DNA of 52,807 nt, taken from the NCBI GenBank assembly GCA_020532215.1, contig JAJBBF010000043.1:1-52807 (forward strand), in the 5' to 3' direction. A model generated the notes under the pieces. It saw only the letters and a list, made by a program, of their open reading frames with translations. It searched no databases and was not told the origin of the DNA. A program made the position numbers and the translations under genes. Within the stretch, counting starts at the first letter, position 1. Every line of letters starts with the position of its first letter. The stretch is from Candidatus Cloacimonadota bacterium. GTDB taxonomy: Bacteria > Cloacimonadota > Cloacimonadia > Cloacimonadales > Cloacimonadaceae. Of the stretch, positions 18,912-28,775 are shown piece after piece.

Positions 18912-19014
18912 TTGTTATCCGGCTCGGCCGCTATGTCATTCCGGGATGAAGTGGGGTTTTACCCCACACTCTTTCTCGATCAGCAACCTATTCCCTTATT
19001 CTTGCTGTCTTCTG

Positions 19015-21024
19015 TCAGCTCTCCTTTTTCTCCAGGTCCGAGATCTTGTCGCGCAGTTCGGCGGCGCGTTCAAAGTCGAGGCGGGAGGCGGCGCGCTTCA
19101 TCTCTTTTTTGAGCAGTTCCAGCAGCTTGTCGCGGTTGTCCAGGTCCAGGTACTGGTAGAAATCTTCCTTGTTGGGTTTTTCCTCTTTGGGCTCATCCTT
19201 GTCGATGGAGGCGTAGCCCTCGGCGATGGAGGTGGATTGCATGATCTGCTCGATGGTTTTGCTGATGGTCTGGGGGGTAATCCCATGGGCCTGGTTGTAG
19301 GCCAGCTGTTTGGCGCGGCGGCGGTTGGTTTCGCTGAGGGTGGTGCGGATGGCGTCGGTGATCTCATCGGCGTAAAGGACCACCTTGCCGTCAACGTTAC
19401 GGGCGGCGCGTCCGGAGATCTGGATGAGGGAGCGGGCGGAGCGGAGGAAGCCGGTCTTATCGGCGTCAAGGATGGCCACCAGCGAAACTTCGGGGAGGTC
19501 GAGGCCCTCGCGGAGGAGGTTTACGCCCACGATCACGTCGTATTCGCCGAGGCGGAGGGCGCGGATGATCTGGGCGCGTTCGATGGAATCGATGTCGCTG
19601 TGGAGGTATTTGGCTTTGATGCCGGCATTTTGGAGATAGACGCTGAGGTCTTCGCTCATGCGTTTGGTGAGGGTCATCACGAGGACTTTGTGGTTTTTGG
19701 CGGTCCGCTCCCGGATCTGGGTGATGAGGTCGTCCACCTGGTTGCGGATGGGCTTGATCTCCATCTCGGGATCCAGGAGGCCCGTGGGCCGGATCACCTG
19801 TTCCACGATCTCGCCGCTCGTAAGCTCCAGTTCGTAATCCGCGGGGGTGGCGGAGACGAAGATCACGTTGCGCATATAGCTTTCGAATTCTTCAAAGCGG
19901 AGGGGGCGGTTGTCGAAGGCGGAGGGCAGCCGGAAACCGTAATCCACCAGGTTTTTCTTGCGGGTGTAGTCGCCGCCGTACATTCCGTGCACCTGGGGGA
20001 TGGAGACGTGGGATTCATCGATGATGAAGAGGAAATCCTCGGGAAAATAGTCCAGCAGGCAGTTTGGCGGCTCGCCGGGCTTGGCGCCGGTGAGGTGGCG
20101 GGTGTAGTTTTCGATGCCGGAACAGAAGCCCAGTTCGGCCAGCATCTCAAGGTCAAATTTGGTGCGGGATTGCAGTCTGTCGGCCTCCACATAGCGCTGG
20201 TTGGCCAGATACCAGGCCACGCGCTCGTTCATCTCATCCTCGATGGAACTGAGGGCCTGGTTCAGCTTGTCGGGACTCATGATGAAGTGGATGGCGGGAT
20301 AGACCGGATACTCGGAGACTTCGCCCAAACTCTGGTAGGAGATGGGATGCAGCTTCTCCAGGCGGCTGATCTCGTCGCCGAAGAACTCTACCCGCAGGCA
20401 GTGTTCCAGATAGGCGGGATAGATGTCCACGATGTCGCCGCGAACCCTGAAAGCTCCGCGCTCGAAAGCGATGTCGTTGCGGCTGTAGTGGGCTGTCACC
20501 AGTTTTTGCAGCAATTCTTCCCGGTCCATCTTCATCCCGGTTTCCAATCTGATCAGCGCCTCGCGGTATTCCTCCGGCACGCCGAGGCCGTAGATGCAGG
20601 ATACGGAGGCCACGATGATCACGTCGCGCCGCTCCATCAGGCTCATGGTGGCGCGGAGGCGCAGCTTTTCGATCTGTTCGTTGATATCGCTGTCTTTCTC
20701 GATGTAGATGTCTTTGCCGGGGATGTAGGCTTCGGGCTGGTAGTAGTCGTAATAGCTGATGAAGTATTCCACCGCGTTTTCCGGGAACAGCTGCTTGAGC
20801 TCCCCGTAGAGTTGGGCGGCGAGCGTTTTGTTGTGCGATAGCACCAGCACGGGCCGGTCGAACCTCTGGATCACGTTGGCAATGGTGAAGGTCTTGCCGC
20901 TGCCGGTAACGCCCAGAAGCACCTGGAAGCGTTTGCCGGCGCGGATCCCGGCTTCCAGTTCGGAGATGGCTTCCGGCTGGTCGCCACTGGGCTGGTAATC
21001 TGTATGCAGTTTAAAGATTCCCAT
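19015..21024 (-). CDS. uvrB: Excinuclease ABC subunit B
   Basis: GVTGSGKT, YYDYYQPEAY, IDESH, GFRLPSAFDNRPL, NLLREGLDLPEV, GRAARN and a C-terminal UVR motif. Confidence 0.98.
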   Translation of the reverse strand: MGIFKLHTDYQPSGDQPEAISELEAGIRAGKRFQVLLGVTGSGKTFTIANVIQRFDRPVLVLSHNKTLAAQLYGELKQLFPENAVEYFISYYDYYQPEAYIPGKDIYIEKDSDINEQIEKLRLRATMSLMERRDVIIVASVSCIYGLGVPEEYREALIRLETGMKMDREELLQKLVTAHYSRNDIAFERGAFRVRGDIVDIYPAYLEHCLRVEFFGDEISRLEKLHPISYQSLGEVSEYPVYPAIHFIMSPDKLNQALSSIEDEMNERVAWYLANQRYVEADRLQSRTKFDLEMLAELGFCSGIENYTRHLTGAKPGEPPNCLLDYFPEDFLFIIDESHVSIPQVHGMYGGDYTRKKNLVDYGFRLPSAFDNRPLRFEEFESYMRNVIFVSATPADYELELTSGEIVEQVIRPTGLLDPEMEIKPIRNQVDDLITQIRERTAKNHKVLVMTLTKRMSEDLSVYLQNAGIKAKYLHSDIDSIERAQIIRALRLGEYDVIVGVNLLREGLDLPEVSLVAILDADKTGFLRSARSLIQISGRAARNVDGKVVLYADEITDAIRTTLSETNRRRAKQLAYNQAHGITPQTISKTIEQIMQSTSIAEGYASIDKDEPKEEKPNKEDFYQYLDLDNRDKLLELLKKEMKRAASRLDFERAAELRDKISDLEKKES

Positions 21025-21132
21025 CTCTTGGGTTCCTCTTTTTGGGCTTGCTGAAAATTTCTCAAAGCTTGGCGGATCAAGGCATTGGAGCCTTTCCGCC
21101 TCTTCCGGGGTGGCTCAGGCAGCAGTTTTTGC

Positions 21133-21163
21133 TTGACTTCTGGCATTTCCCCGAAAGCGTGGA
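21133..21163 (+). promoter_or_regulatory. Putative promoter
   Basis: TTGACT-N16-AAGCGT-GGA upstream of 21220. Confidence 0.45.
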
Positions 21164-21219
21164 CACCAGAATACAGGGACCCCTGTTTTTGTCGAGAAAA
21201 TAAACACTGGAGAGATAAA

Positions 21220-21543
21220 ATGGCCAATTTCGAAGACTTTCAGGTCAATTACGAGAACCTGCTCAAGCTCGGCTATGCCGTCATCGACATCCGCTACAAG
21301 GATTACGACATGTGCAACGACAGCCAGAAGCTTGTGATAGCCAGGGTGGACGCCGACCGGGACGAATTTTACCAGGACATGCTGAAGCAGTACACCACGA
21401 TCGAATTCAAGCCCGGCGAGATCTATGAGATCTGGACCGAGATCCTGATGCACAAGGTCAAGATGAGCAGGGTCCTGAACCGCGACATCGCCATCAAAGT
21501 GGCCGCTCTGGATTACATCGAGACCGTCTATTCCGCCAAATGA
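21220..21543 (+). CDS. Hypothetical protein with a DUF4032-like C-terminal helix motif
   Basis: ATG at 21220 after GGAG; EIWTEILMHKVKMS...RDIAIKVAALDY resembles DUF4032; ATGA overlap with ndk. Confidence 0.7.
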   Translation: MANFEDFQVNYENLLKLGYAVIDIRYKDYDMCNDSQKLVIARVDADRDEFYQDMLKQYTTIEFKPGEIYEIWTEILMHKVKMSRVLNRDIAIKVAALDYIETVYSAK

Positions 21544-21941
21544 CCCGCAACACCCTGCTGCTGATCAAGCCCAACGCCTTTGTGCACCACCATGTGGGGC
21601 ACATCATCTCGATCCTCGAGGAGGCGGGCTTCCGTCTGCTGCAACTGAAAGAATTCCAGTTCACGCCTGAATCCGCGGCTGTCTTCTATGAAATGCACAA
21701 GGGCAAGGAATTTTACCAGCGCCTGATCGATTTCATGTGTTCCGCCCCCACTGTGGGCCTGCTGCTGGAAAAGGACAACGCGATCGCGGACCTGAGGGAG
21801 CTGGTGGGAGAGGTTGATCCCGCCCAGCGCAAACCGGGAACCATCCGCGACCTATACGCGGAGGGAGTTACGGAGAATGCGGTCCACGCCTCGGACAGCG
21901 AGGCCAACGCGGAGCGGGAGATAGGGCTGATCTTCGGCTGA
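21540..21941 (+). CDS. ndk: Nucleoside diphosphate kinase
   Basis: TLLLIKP, FYEMHKGKEFY, PGTIR and NAVHASDS with the catalytic His. Confidence 0.96.
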   Translation: MTRNTLLLIKPNAFVHHHVGHIISILEEAGFRLLQLKEFQFTPESAAVFYEMHKGKEFYQRLIDFMCSAPTVGLLLEKDNAIADLRELVGEVDPAQRKPGTIRDLYAEGVTENAVHASDSEANAEREIGLIFG

Positions 21942-21950
21942 AAAGCTGAT

Positions 21951-22922
21951 CTATAGAAGGCTGAAGGCTTCGCTAGCAAGGATCAGCTGCTTGATCTCGG
22001 CCGTGCTTTCGGCCCGGTTGATCTGCTGGCGCAATTCCGCGCTGCCCACCAAGCCCTTGGTATAAAAGCAAAGCTGCGAGCGCATTTCCTTGTAAACCAC
22101 CCGTTCCGGTTTGTAGCGCAGTGCGAGGTCGATGTGGCTGAAGATGGTTTCCAGGAGGAGGTCGCGGGTCACGGGGCGGTAATCGCCGCCATCCCAAAGC
22201 TGGCGGATCTGGGAGAAGATCCAGGGCTTGCCCAAAGCGCCGCGGCCGATCATCACAGAATCGCAGCTGGTAGCAGCCAGCATTTTCGCCGCGTCCTCGG
22301 GGCAGCGGATATCTCCATTGCCGATCAGAGGGATGCTGAGAACCTTTTTCAATTCCGCGATGTGTGACCAATCCGCCTCACCGGAAAACATCTGCGCCTG
22401 GCTGCGGGCATGGAGGCAGAGGAAATCCGCGCCGGAATCCTGCAGCAGCAAGCCAAAGTCCCGGTAGTTGAGGCTGGCGGCGTTCCAGCCGCTGCGGAAT
22501 TTCACCCCCAGCAGGCAGCTGCCCCGCACTGCCGCGTTCACCTTTTTCACTATCTCCGCTGCCCTCTGAAGATCGTTCATGAGTGCGGAACCGGCCCCGC
22601 GGCGCACCACCTTCTTCACCGGGCAGCCCATGTTGATATCGATGAAATTGGGCTTAAAGCGGAGGCAGAATTCCGCCCCCCGGGCAATTACATCGGGTTC
22701 GGATCCGAAGATCTGGATCCCGAAAGGCCGCTCGGCTTCCTCAAAGCGGATGAATTGGATGGTCTTTTTGGAATCCCGGATGAGGCCGTCGGCGCTCACC
22801 ATTTCGCTCACCAGTATCTCCGCGCCGTGGAGCTTGCAGAGCTGGCGGAAGGCGCTGTCCGTATAGCCGGCCAGGGGCGCCAGCCAAAGTTTGCTGCAGG
22901 TGAGATCCTTCAGGCTGACCAT
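21951..22922 (-). CDS. dusB: tRNA-dihydrouridine synthase B
   Basis: LAPLAGYTD, DINMGCP, GAGSALM, IGNGDI, VMIGRGALGKPW. Confidence 0.93.
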   Translation of the reverse strand: MVSLKDLTCSKLWLAPLAGYTDSAFRQLCKLHGAEILVSEMVSADGLIRDSKKTIQFIRFEEAERPFGIQIFGSEPDVIARGAEFCLRFKPNFIDINMGCPVKKVVRRGAGSALMNDLQRAAEIVKKVNAAVRGSCLLGVKFRSGWNAASLNYRDFGLLLQDSGADFLCLHARSQAQMFSGEADWSHIAELKKVLSIPLIGNGDIRCPEDAAKMLAATSCDSVMIGRGALGKPWIFSQIRQLWDGGDYRPVTRDLLLETIFSHIDLALRYKPERVVYKEMRSQLCFYTKGLVGSAELRQQINRAESTAEIKQLILASEAFSLL

Positions 22923-22931
22923 CAGGCGGGT

Positions 22932-23540
22932 TCAGATCCTCTGGAACAGCAGATAATGCGGCTCGAAGCCCTGACGGCGCTGTTCCACCTCATACCAGGT
23001 GCTCACGTGGTCCTGAAGGCTGGGCGCGCTTTGGATCAGCTCCGGCTGGAGTGAGATGAATTCCGGCTGCCGGGAGAGCAGGCCGCCGATCCAGTGGGCG
23101 TATTCCTCGTGATCGGTGGAGATGTGCAGTTGAGCCTCGGGCTCCATCACGGTGGCCAGGGCGGCCAGAAAATCCGGCTGGACCAGGCGGCGTTTGTGAT
23201 GGCGGCGCTTGGGCCAGGGATCGGGGTGCTGGATATAGACGCTGCGCACGGAGACCGGGGGCAGCAGCTCCGCGATCCCGGCATCCACTTTCAGGCGCAG
23301 CAGGCGCACGTTGGGATGCTTTTGCGGGGAGAGTTTTTTAAGGATGTTGCGGATGCGCTTTTCCGCCAGCTCGAAGCCGAGGAAATTCCAGTCCGGATGC
23401 AGCGGGGCGTAGCCCGAGAGGAATTCACCCTTGCCGGAACCGATTTCCACGTGCAGGGGAGCGCGGTTTCCGAAGACGGACTCGGGGTCCAGGAATCCTT
23501 CGGGGCTTTCCAGAACAAAGTAATCCCGGTCTTCAAGCAT
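22932..23540 (-). CDS. trmB: tRNA (guanine-N7)-methyltransferase
   Basis: EIGSGKG, HPDPWPKRRHHKRRL and STD motifs; ATG at 23540 overlaps the upstream gene. Confidence 0.93.
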   Translation of the reverse strand: MLEDRDYFVLESPEGFLDPESVFGNRAPLHVEIGSGKGEFLSGYAPLHPDWNFLGFELAEKRIRNILKKLSPQKHPNVRLLRLKVDAGIAELLPPVSVRSVYIQHPDPWPKRRHHKRRLVQPDFLAALATVMEPEAQLHISTDHEEYAHWIGGLLSRQPEFISLQPELIQSAPSLQDHVSTWYEVEQRRQGFEPHYLLFQRI

Positions 23541-24213
23541 CCTCGTCCTCAGGGGGCTCTTCGGCCTGGAGGCGGCGCAGCTCATCGCGCTGGATGATCA
23601 GATCCGCCAGGGAAAGGCCGAAGGAGATGAATACGAAGAGCAGCAGGCCGTTCACGTAAAATCCGCTCCAGAAACCGCTTTCAAAGGGAGTGCGGGTGAG
23701 CCAGAAGAGGCCGCGGAAAAACAGCGCGATCAGGCCTGCGCCCAGCAGGGAGGTGACGATCATGCGCCAGCGGATCAGGGAGCGGTGGAAAAAGATGAAT
23801 TTGACCAGCAAGGCCAGCAATACTCCAAGCCCCAGGGCAAGCAGGAAAAACTGCGTGAGCGGCAGCCCAATCCGGCTGTGGTAAAGCAGCGCGAAAACCA
23901 GGGCGAGCAGGATCACGGCGATCCAGGCCAGCTGGCTGCGCAGATAGTGGTAAAGCAGAGCCACAGCGCCGCAGATCAGGGCCAGATAGATCCCCAGTTC
24001 CAGGCTTCCGGGAGCCCTTGTTTCCCTTGCCGGCAAAGTATCTTCCGGCTCCAGCAGCACCACGGGTTCGCCGGGAACGGTTTCGGGAACGTAGCTGGCG
24101 GCTTGGGAAGCGGGCTGGGCGCCCGTTCCGGAGAGAAGATAGCCCAGGCCGGCTCCCAGCAGAGGAAAGAGCAGGGCAAGCAGCAGCAAGGGCTTGAATT
24201 TCGTGTTGTTCAT
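23533..24213 (-). CDS. Hypothetical multi-pass membrane protein
   Basis: About 6 hydrophobic helices; ATG at 24213 (MNNTKFK) downstream of a canonical promoter. Confidence 0.75.
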   Translation of the reverse strand: MNNTKFKPLLLLALLFPLLGAGLGYLLSGTGAQPASQAASYVPETVPGEPVVLLEPEDTLPARETRAPGSLELGIYLALICGAVALLYHYLRSQLAWIAVILLALVFALLYHSRIGLPLTQFFLLALGLGVLLALLVKFIFFHRSLIRWRMIVTSLLGAGLIALFFRGLFWLTRTPFESGFWSGFYVNGLLLFVFISFGLSLADLIIQRDELRRLQAEEPPEDEDA

Positions 24214-24256
24214 TTCGGCCTCGATCAGATTTTTATTGACTCTTTGCAAAGGAACT

Positions 24257-24284
24257 ATTTTATGGCAAGCGGCGCTGGTGTCAA
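24257..24284 (-). promoter_or_regulatory. Sigma70 promoter for the membrane protein-trmB-dusB operon
   Basis: Minus strand TTGACA-N16-TAAAAT. Confidence 0.65.
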
Positions 24285-24374
24285 TCACAAATGTGGCAAG
24301 CAGGGCCTGAACGCACCTCTGTGCCTGTGCCGCAGGCGCCTCCGGGTGGGAGATTTTGATTTTGGAGTATCACC

Positions 24375-25325
24375 ATGAGCCTCATAGGCAGTTTAAGGAA
24401 AAAGCTGGCCCGCACCAAGAGCGGGTTTCTGGGCAGGATCGCCGAAGCGGTAAGCCTGCGCGGGAAAGTTGATGAAGAATTGATGGAGGACATCGAGGAG
24501 ATCCTGCTCAAATGCGACACAGGGGTGGAGATGACAGGGCTGATCATGGAACGCCTCACCGAGAGGATCCGGGTTGAGCGGATCACCGAAGCCGCCACTG
24601 TGCAGACGGCCCTGCAGGAGATCATGGAGGACATCCTTACCAAAGATTACGCAGACGCCGTAAGCCTCTTCGACGAGATCGGCAGCAAGCCCTATATCAT
24701 AGTGTTCGTGGGCGTGAACGGAGTGGGGAAGACCACCAGCATCGGCAAGATCGCCCACGCGCTGATCAAAGCGGGGAAGAAGGTGATGATCATCGCCGGA
24801 GACACCTTCCGGGCAGCCGCCATCGAACAGCTGGCCATCTGGGCGGACCGCGCCGGGGCGAGCCTGATCCGCTCACAGCAGGATGCAGATCCGGCCTCCG
24901 TGATCTACGACGGCATCTCCTCCGCCCTCGCCAAAGGCTACGACGTGGTGCTGATCGACACCGCCGGACGCCAGCATACCCGGGAAAACCTGATGAAGGA
25001 GCTGGCCAAGATCGACCGAACCATCAAAAAGCTGATCCCCGAAGCGCCGCACCAGGCCCTGCTGGTGGTGGACGCCACCACGGGGCAGAACGCCATTTCT
25101 CAAGCCACAAACTTTCACCTGGCGATGCCACTTTCCGGCCTCATCCTCAGCAAATACGACGGCACCTCCAAGGGCGGGATAATCTTTAACCTCAAGCATA
25201 ACCTGGACCTGCCGGTGCGCTTCATCGGAGTGGGCGAAGGCATCGGCGACCTGGAGGTTTTCGATGTGAACGCTTTTGTCCAGGCCTTTTTCAGCACTTC
25301 CGAAGAAACAGGAGAAGAAGAATGA
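24375..25325 (+). CDS. ftsY: Signal recognition particle receptor FtsY
   Basis: GVNGVGKTT, DTFRAAA, DTAGR, DATTGQN, KYDGTSKGG, GVGE. Confidence 0.97.
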   Translation: MSLIGSLRKKLARTKSGFLGRIAEAVSLRGKVDEELMEDIEEILLKCDTGVEMTGLIMERLTERIRVERITEAATVQTALQEIMEDILTKDYADAVSLFDEIGSKPYIIVFVGVNGVGKTTSIGKIAHALIKAGKKVMIIAGDTFRAAAIEQLAIWADRAGASLIRSQQDADPASVIYDGISSALAKGYDVVLIDTAGRQHTRENLMKELAKIDRTIKKLIPEAPHQALLVVDATTGQNAISQATNFHLAMPLSGLILSKYDGTSKGGIIFNLKHNLDLPVRFIGVGEGIGDLEVFDVNAFVQAFFSTSEETGEEE

Positions 25326-25540
25326 AAACCAAAGCCCTCAAGATCCTCAACCCCATCCTGCTGTTGCTGGCCCTGCTGGTCCTGATCGGCCTCATCGGCT
25401 ATCTCATCACCGAGCTCGACCCCTGGTACAAGCTGCACCTGATCAGCGGCATCCTCTTCCTGGCCGGCGGGCTGCTGCACCTGATCCTGAACTGGGGCTG
25501 GGTGCGCGCCACCTATCTGAAGAGGAAAAGCACCAAATAA
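25322..25540 (+). CDS. Small two-TM membrane protein (DUF4405-like, one His per helix end)
   Basis: 72 aa, LHLISG...LLHLILNWGW; overlaps ftsY (ATGA) and the next gene (TAATG). Confidence 0.7.
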   Translation: MKTKALKILNPILLLLALLVLIGLIGYLITELDPWYKLHLISGILFLAGGLLHLILNWGWVRATYLKRKSTK

Positions 25541-28500
25541 TGACCCTTTTGCCTCCCGATCAGATCACCCAGGCCTATGAGCGCCTGCGTGAGCTGATCT
25601 CGGACACCGCGGAGCCGAAAAGCAAGCTGCTGCTGGTGCGGCAGCTTCTGGAGGGGATCTATAAAAAGCTCAGCGCGGACAGCCAGATCAGCTTCAGCGG
25701 CCTTTTCGCCCGGATGCAATACGCGCACGAAAGGTTGGAGGCCCCGGCAGAGCTCTCGGCCCAGCTGAACCAACTGCGCATCGTTTGCAACAAAGCCGCC
25801 CACGAGGAAGATTATCGCGCGGGCAAATCCACGTGGTTCAGCGCCGTCAATGCCGTCCGGCAACTGCTGCTCTGGCTGGATCCGGACACCCGGGATGAAG
25901 ATATCGACGGCTACCTGGCCCGGAACCAGGCGGAGCCATTCCGGATAGGCAGCCACAGCCCCAAACTCAGCTTCACCTGCGTGGTCCAGCGCTGGGAACT
26001 GATCCGCCAGGCGGAACGGGTGGGCGGGCTAAAGATCGTGGCCACGCTCGAGGACGGGACTGCCTGCACCATCTTCCTGAACGATATGAAGGGCGAAGGC
26101 CGGCAGTGGAGCGTGCTTAACAAGGTCCTCTGGCAGTATTGCACGCTGAACTGCCTGCATCTTTCCCAGATCAGCGGACGCCAGCAGTGGTTCCAGAGCA
26201 ATCCTTCCACCATCATCGTTGTGGAACCGGATTTCCTGATCGACGCCAGCGCCGCGGCGGATTGCTTCACCCCCAAAGGCGCCCGGCCGGAATTTTACAT
26301 CCTGAACCGCATGGTCCGGGACGCCGCCTCGGAAAAGATGGTGCTGGGGATCATGGTGAACAGCATTTTGGACGATCTGGTCTCCGATCCGGACGCCGAT
26401 TACCAGGACCTTTTCCGCGCCAGCATCGCCAAACAGCCGATCACGCTGGTCGCCCTGGGACTGGATAGCGCTCAGAATATCTACAGGACCATCCGCGACT
26501 TCCATTTCCCCGTGATCAGCCGTTTTGCCCGCTCCCTTCAAAGCGACGCGGTGCAGCTGGAACCTTCCTACATCTGCCCGGATTACGGGCTGCAGGGCCG
26601 GCTGGACATCCTGCATGAGCACGATGGGAAACGGCACATCGTGGAACTAAAGAGCGGCTCGCCGCCCCGCGACAACGTCTGGATCCAGCAGCAGATGCAG
26701 GTGGTGGCCTACAACATGATCATCCGCGACTGCGGCGAAGGAACGCCACAGGGCTTCAGCAGCATCCTCTATTCCGGGGCCAGAGACAAATGCCTGCGCC
26801 ACGTGGTGAGCACCGTGCAATTGGAGCAGGACCTGATCATGTGCCGCAACCGCATGGTGGGCATCATGCACAATCTGGCCCTGGCTCCGGGCTTCTTGTT
26901 CAAATGGCTGCGCAAAAGCAAATTCAGCCTGGAACCCCCTTTCATTCAGGAAAAGGCGGGCAACCTCGTGAAGATGCTCAATTCCCTGGAAGAACACGAA
27001 TACCAATGGTTTCTGGAGCAGCTGCGCCTGCTGGTGCGCGAGATCTGGTATGAAAAGACCGGCGGCCTGGGCCCGGAAGGCATCTACGGCCACAACGCCC
27101 TCTGGCAGGAAAGCGCCCAGGCAAAGCAGCAGCACTACCGCAGATTGGGAGACCTCAGGCTGGATGAGGTCCGCTTCGACAAGATCCGCTTCCGGCTTTC
27201 CGGAGACGGCGCCATCACGGATTTCCGGGCCGGAGACATCGTTGTGCTCTACCGCCAGAGCCTCGGCGTGGACAAGCAGGAGATCCTGCGCGGCAGGATC
27301 GCCAGTATCGGCGAGGAATACCTGGAGGCCTCCATCCGCGGCGGTTTGCGGCATATCGATACCAATTTCACGGACCAACTCTGGGCTTTGGAGCACGATA
27401 TCCTGGAAACCTCGCTCTACAGCCCGCTCAATTCGATCATCAGCTTCCTGGCTGCCGGAGCTGAAAAAAGAAGCCTCTTCCTGGGGCTCACCCAACCGCG
27501 TCTGGCGCCTCTGAACGACATCCCTTCCGACCCTCTGGACCAGGTGATCCAGACCATGCTGGCTGCCCGGGATTACCACATCGTTCAGGGCCCTCCCGGC
27601 ACCGGCAAAACCTCCGGGCTGCTCACCCGCTACATCAAAAAGCTGTACACCGGAACGGACAGGAACGTGCTGATCCTCAGCTTCACGAACCGAGCCGTGG
27701 ACGAGATCTGCCAGAATCTGCGCCAGCAAGGCATCGATTTCATCCGCACCGGACAGAGTGAAGAGGTGGATGAAGAGCTGATGGACACACGCATCGAGGG
27801 AAAGAAGTTTCAGGATGTTTCCGAGGTGCTGAAGGCCTGCCGGGTCTGGGTGGCCACCGTGCAAAGCTGCAACTCCTGGCTCAACGATCTGCTCAAAGTG
27901 GTCCGCATCGATGAACTGGTGATCGACGAGGCTTCGCAGATCATGGAAAACAGCATCCTGGGCATCATTGCCAGGATCGGCAAGACCATTCTCATCGGCG
28001 ACCAGAACCAGCTTCCCCCAATCACCCGGCAATCCGCTGAAGGCTTCTCGTTCAGCAATGAAAAACTGGCAGGGCTCTGCTACGATTCCTACGGCCAATC
28101 GCTGATGGAGCGGCTGGACCGGGTTTGCAAGGCCAATGGCTGGCTGGATTCCACCACCATGCTGCACCAGCATTACCGCATGCACGAAGAGATCGCCGGG
28201 CTGGTCCAGCCCTATTACGAGGGCCGCTTGGTATCCACCCAGGCCAGGCAGAAAGAGCCTTTGCCTGTCAGCGGCATAAAACTTCTGGATTCCCGGCTGG
28301 TCTGGATAGATTTTCCTCCCTCCCGCTTTGCCTGGTACGATCCCCTGCAGGTGGACTGCGCGCTGAAGATCCTCCGGCTGCTAACTGAAAACGGCTCCAT
28401 CACAGACCCGGTTTCCGAACTGGGCATCGTTGCGCCGTTTCGGGCCATGATCCACGCCCTGCGCAAGCAGCTTCCGGATGCCCTGAAAGACATTACCATA

Positions 28501-28767
28501 GACACTGTGGAGCGTTTTCAGGGCTCCGAACGCAAAAACATCATCATCACCCTGCCCCTGCACAGCGCCGACGTTCTGCGCAACGTGGAAGCCCTTTCCG
28601 CCGACGGCAAAGTGGACCGAAAGCTGAATGTTGCCGTTAGCCGCGCCCAGGAACGCCTCTTCGTGCTGGGCTGCCCCGAGATCTGCCAAAGATCGGAGCA
28701 TTACAAGTTTTTGATGGACAAAATCCGCGCTTCCGGACATAGGTTCCAGTACCAAGATCTAATTTAG
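25540..28767 (+). CDS. Dna2-like PD-(D/E)xK nuclease / SF1 (Upf1-like) helicase
   Basis: Nuclease motifs LEPSY...GLQGRLD...IVELKSG and QxxxY; helicase motifs QGPPGTGKT, DEASQ, GDQNQLPP, YRMH, TVERFQGSE and LNVAVSRA; ATG at 25540. Confidence 0.9.
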   Translation: MTLLPPDQITQAYERLRELISDTAEPKSKLLLVRQLLEGIYKKLSADSQISFSGLFARMQYAHERLEAPAELSAQLNQLRIVCNKAAHEEDYRAGKSTWFSAVNAVRQLLLWLDPDTRDEDIDGYLARNQAEPFRIGSHSPKLSFTCVVQRWELIRQAERVGGLKIVATLEDGTACTIFLNDMKGEGRQWSVLNKVLWQYCTLNCLHLSQISGRQQWFQSNPSTIIVVEPDFLIDASAAADCFTPKGARPEFYILNRMVRDAASEKMVLGIMVNSILDDLVSDPDADYQDLFRASIAKQPITLVALGLDSAQNIYRTIRDFHFPVISRFARSLQSDAVQLEPSYICPDYGLQGRLDILHEHDGKRHIVELKSGSPPRDNVWIQQQMQVVAYNMIIRDCGEGTPQGFSSILYSGARDKCLRHVVSTVQLEQDLIMCRNRMVGIMHNLALAPGFLFKWLRKSKFSLEPPFIQEKAGNLVKMLNSLEEHEYQWFLEQLRLLVREIWYEKTGGLGPEGIYGHNALWQESAQAKQQHYRRLGDLRLDEVRFDKIRFRLSGDGAITDFRAGDIVVLYRQSLGVDKQEILRGRIASIGEEYLEASIRGGLRHIDTNFTDQLWALEHDILETSLYSPLNSIISFLAAGAEKRSLFLGLTQPRLAPLNDIPSDPLDQVIQTMLAARDYHIVQGPPGTGKTSGLLTRYIKKLYTGTDRNVLILSFTNRAVDEICQNLRQQGIDFIRTGQSEEVDEELMDTRIEGKKFQDVSEVLKACRVWVATVQSCNSWLNDLLKVVRIDELVIDEASQIMENSILGIIARIGKTILIGDQNQLPPITRQSAEGFSFSNEKLAGLCYDSYGQSLMERLDRVCKANGWLDSTTMLHQHYRMHEEIAGLVQPYYEGRLVSTQARQKEPLPVSGIKLLDSRLVWIDFPPSRFAWYDPLQVDCALKILRLLTENGSITDPVSELGIVAPFRAMIHALRKQLPDALKDITIDTVERFQGSERKNIIITLPLHSADVLRNVEALSADGKVDRKLNVAVSRAQERLFVLGCPEICQRSEHYKFLMDKIRASGHRFQYQDLI

Positions 28768-28775
28768 GAGAAACC

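Noticed and set aside
25276-25539. 88-aa N-terminal extension of the helicase ORF
   Set aside because: It overlaps the better-supported 72-aa membrane gene; the coupled ATG at 25540 is preferred.
26550-26720. Cas4-like nuclease motif as evidence of CRISPR-Cas
   Set aside because: It is the nuclease domain of a Dna2-type fusion; no cas1/cas2 or array is present.
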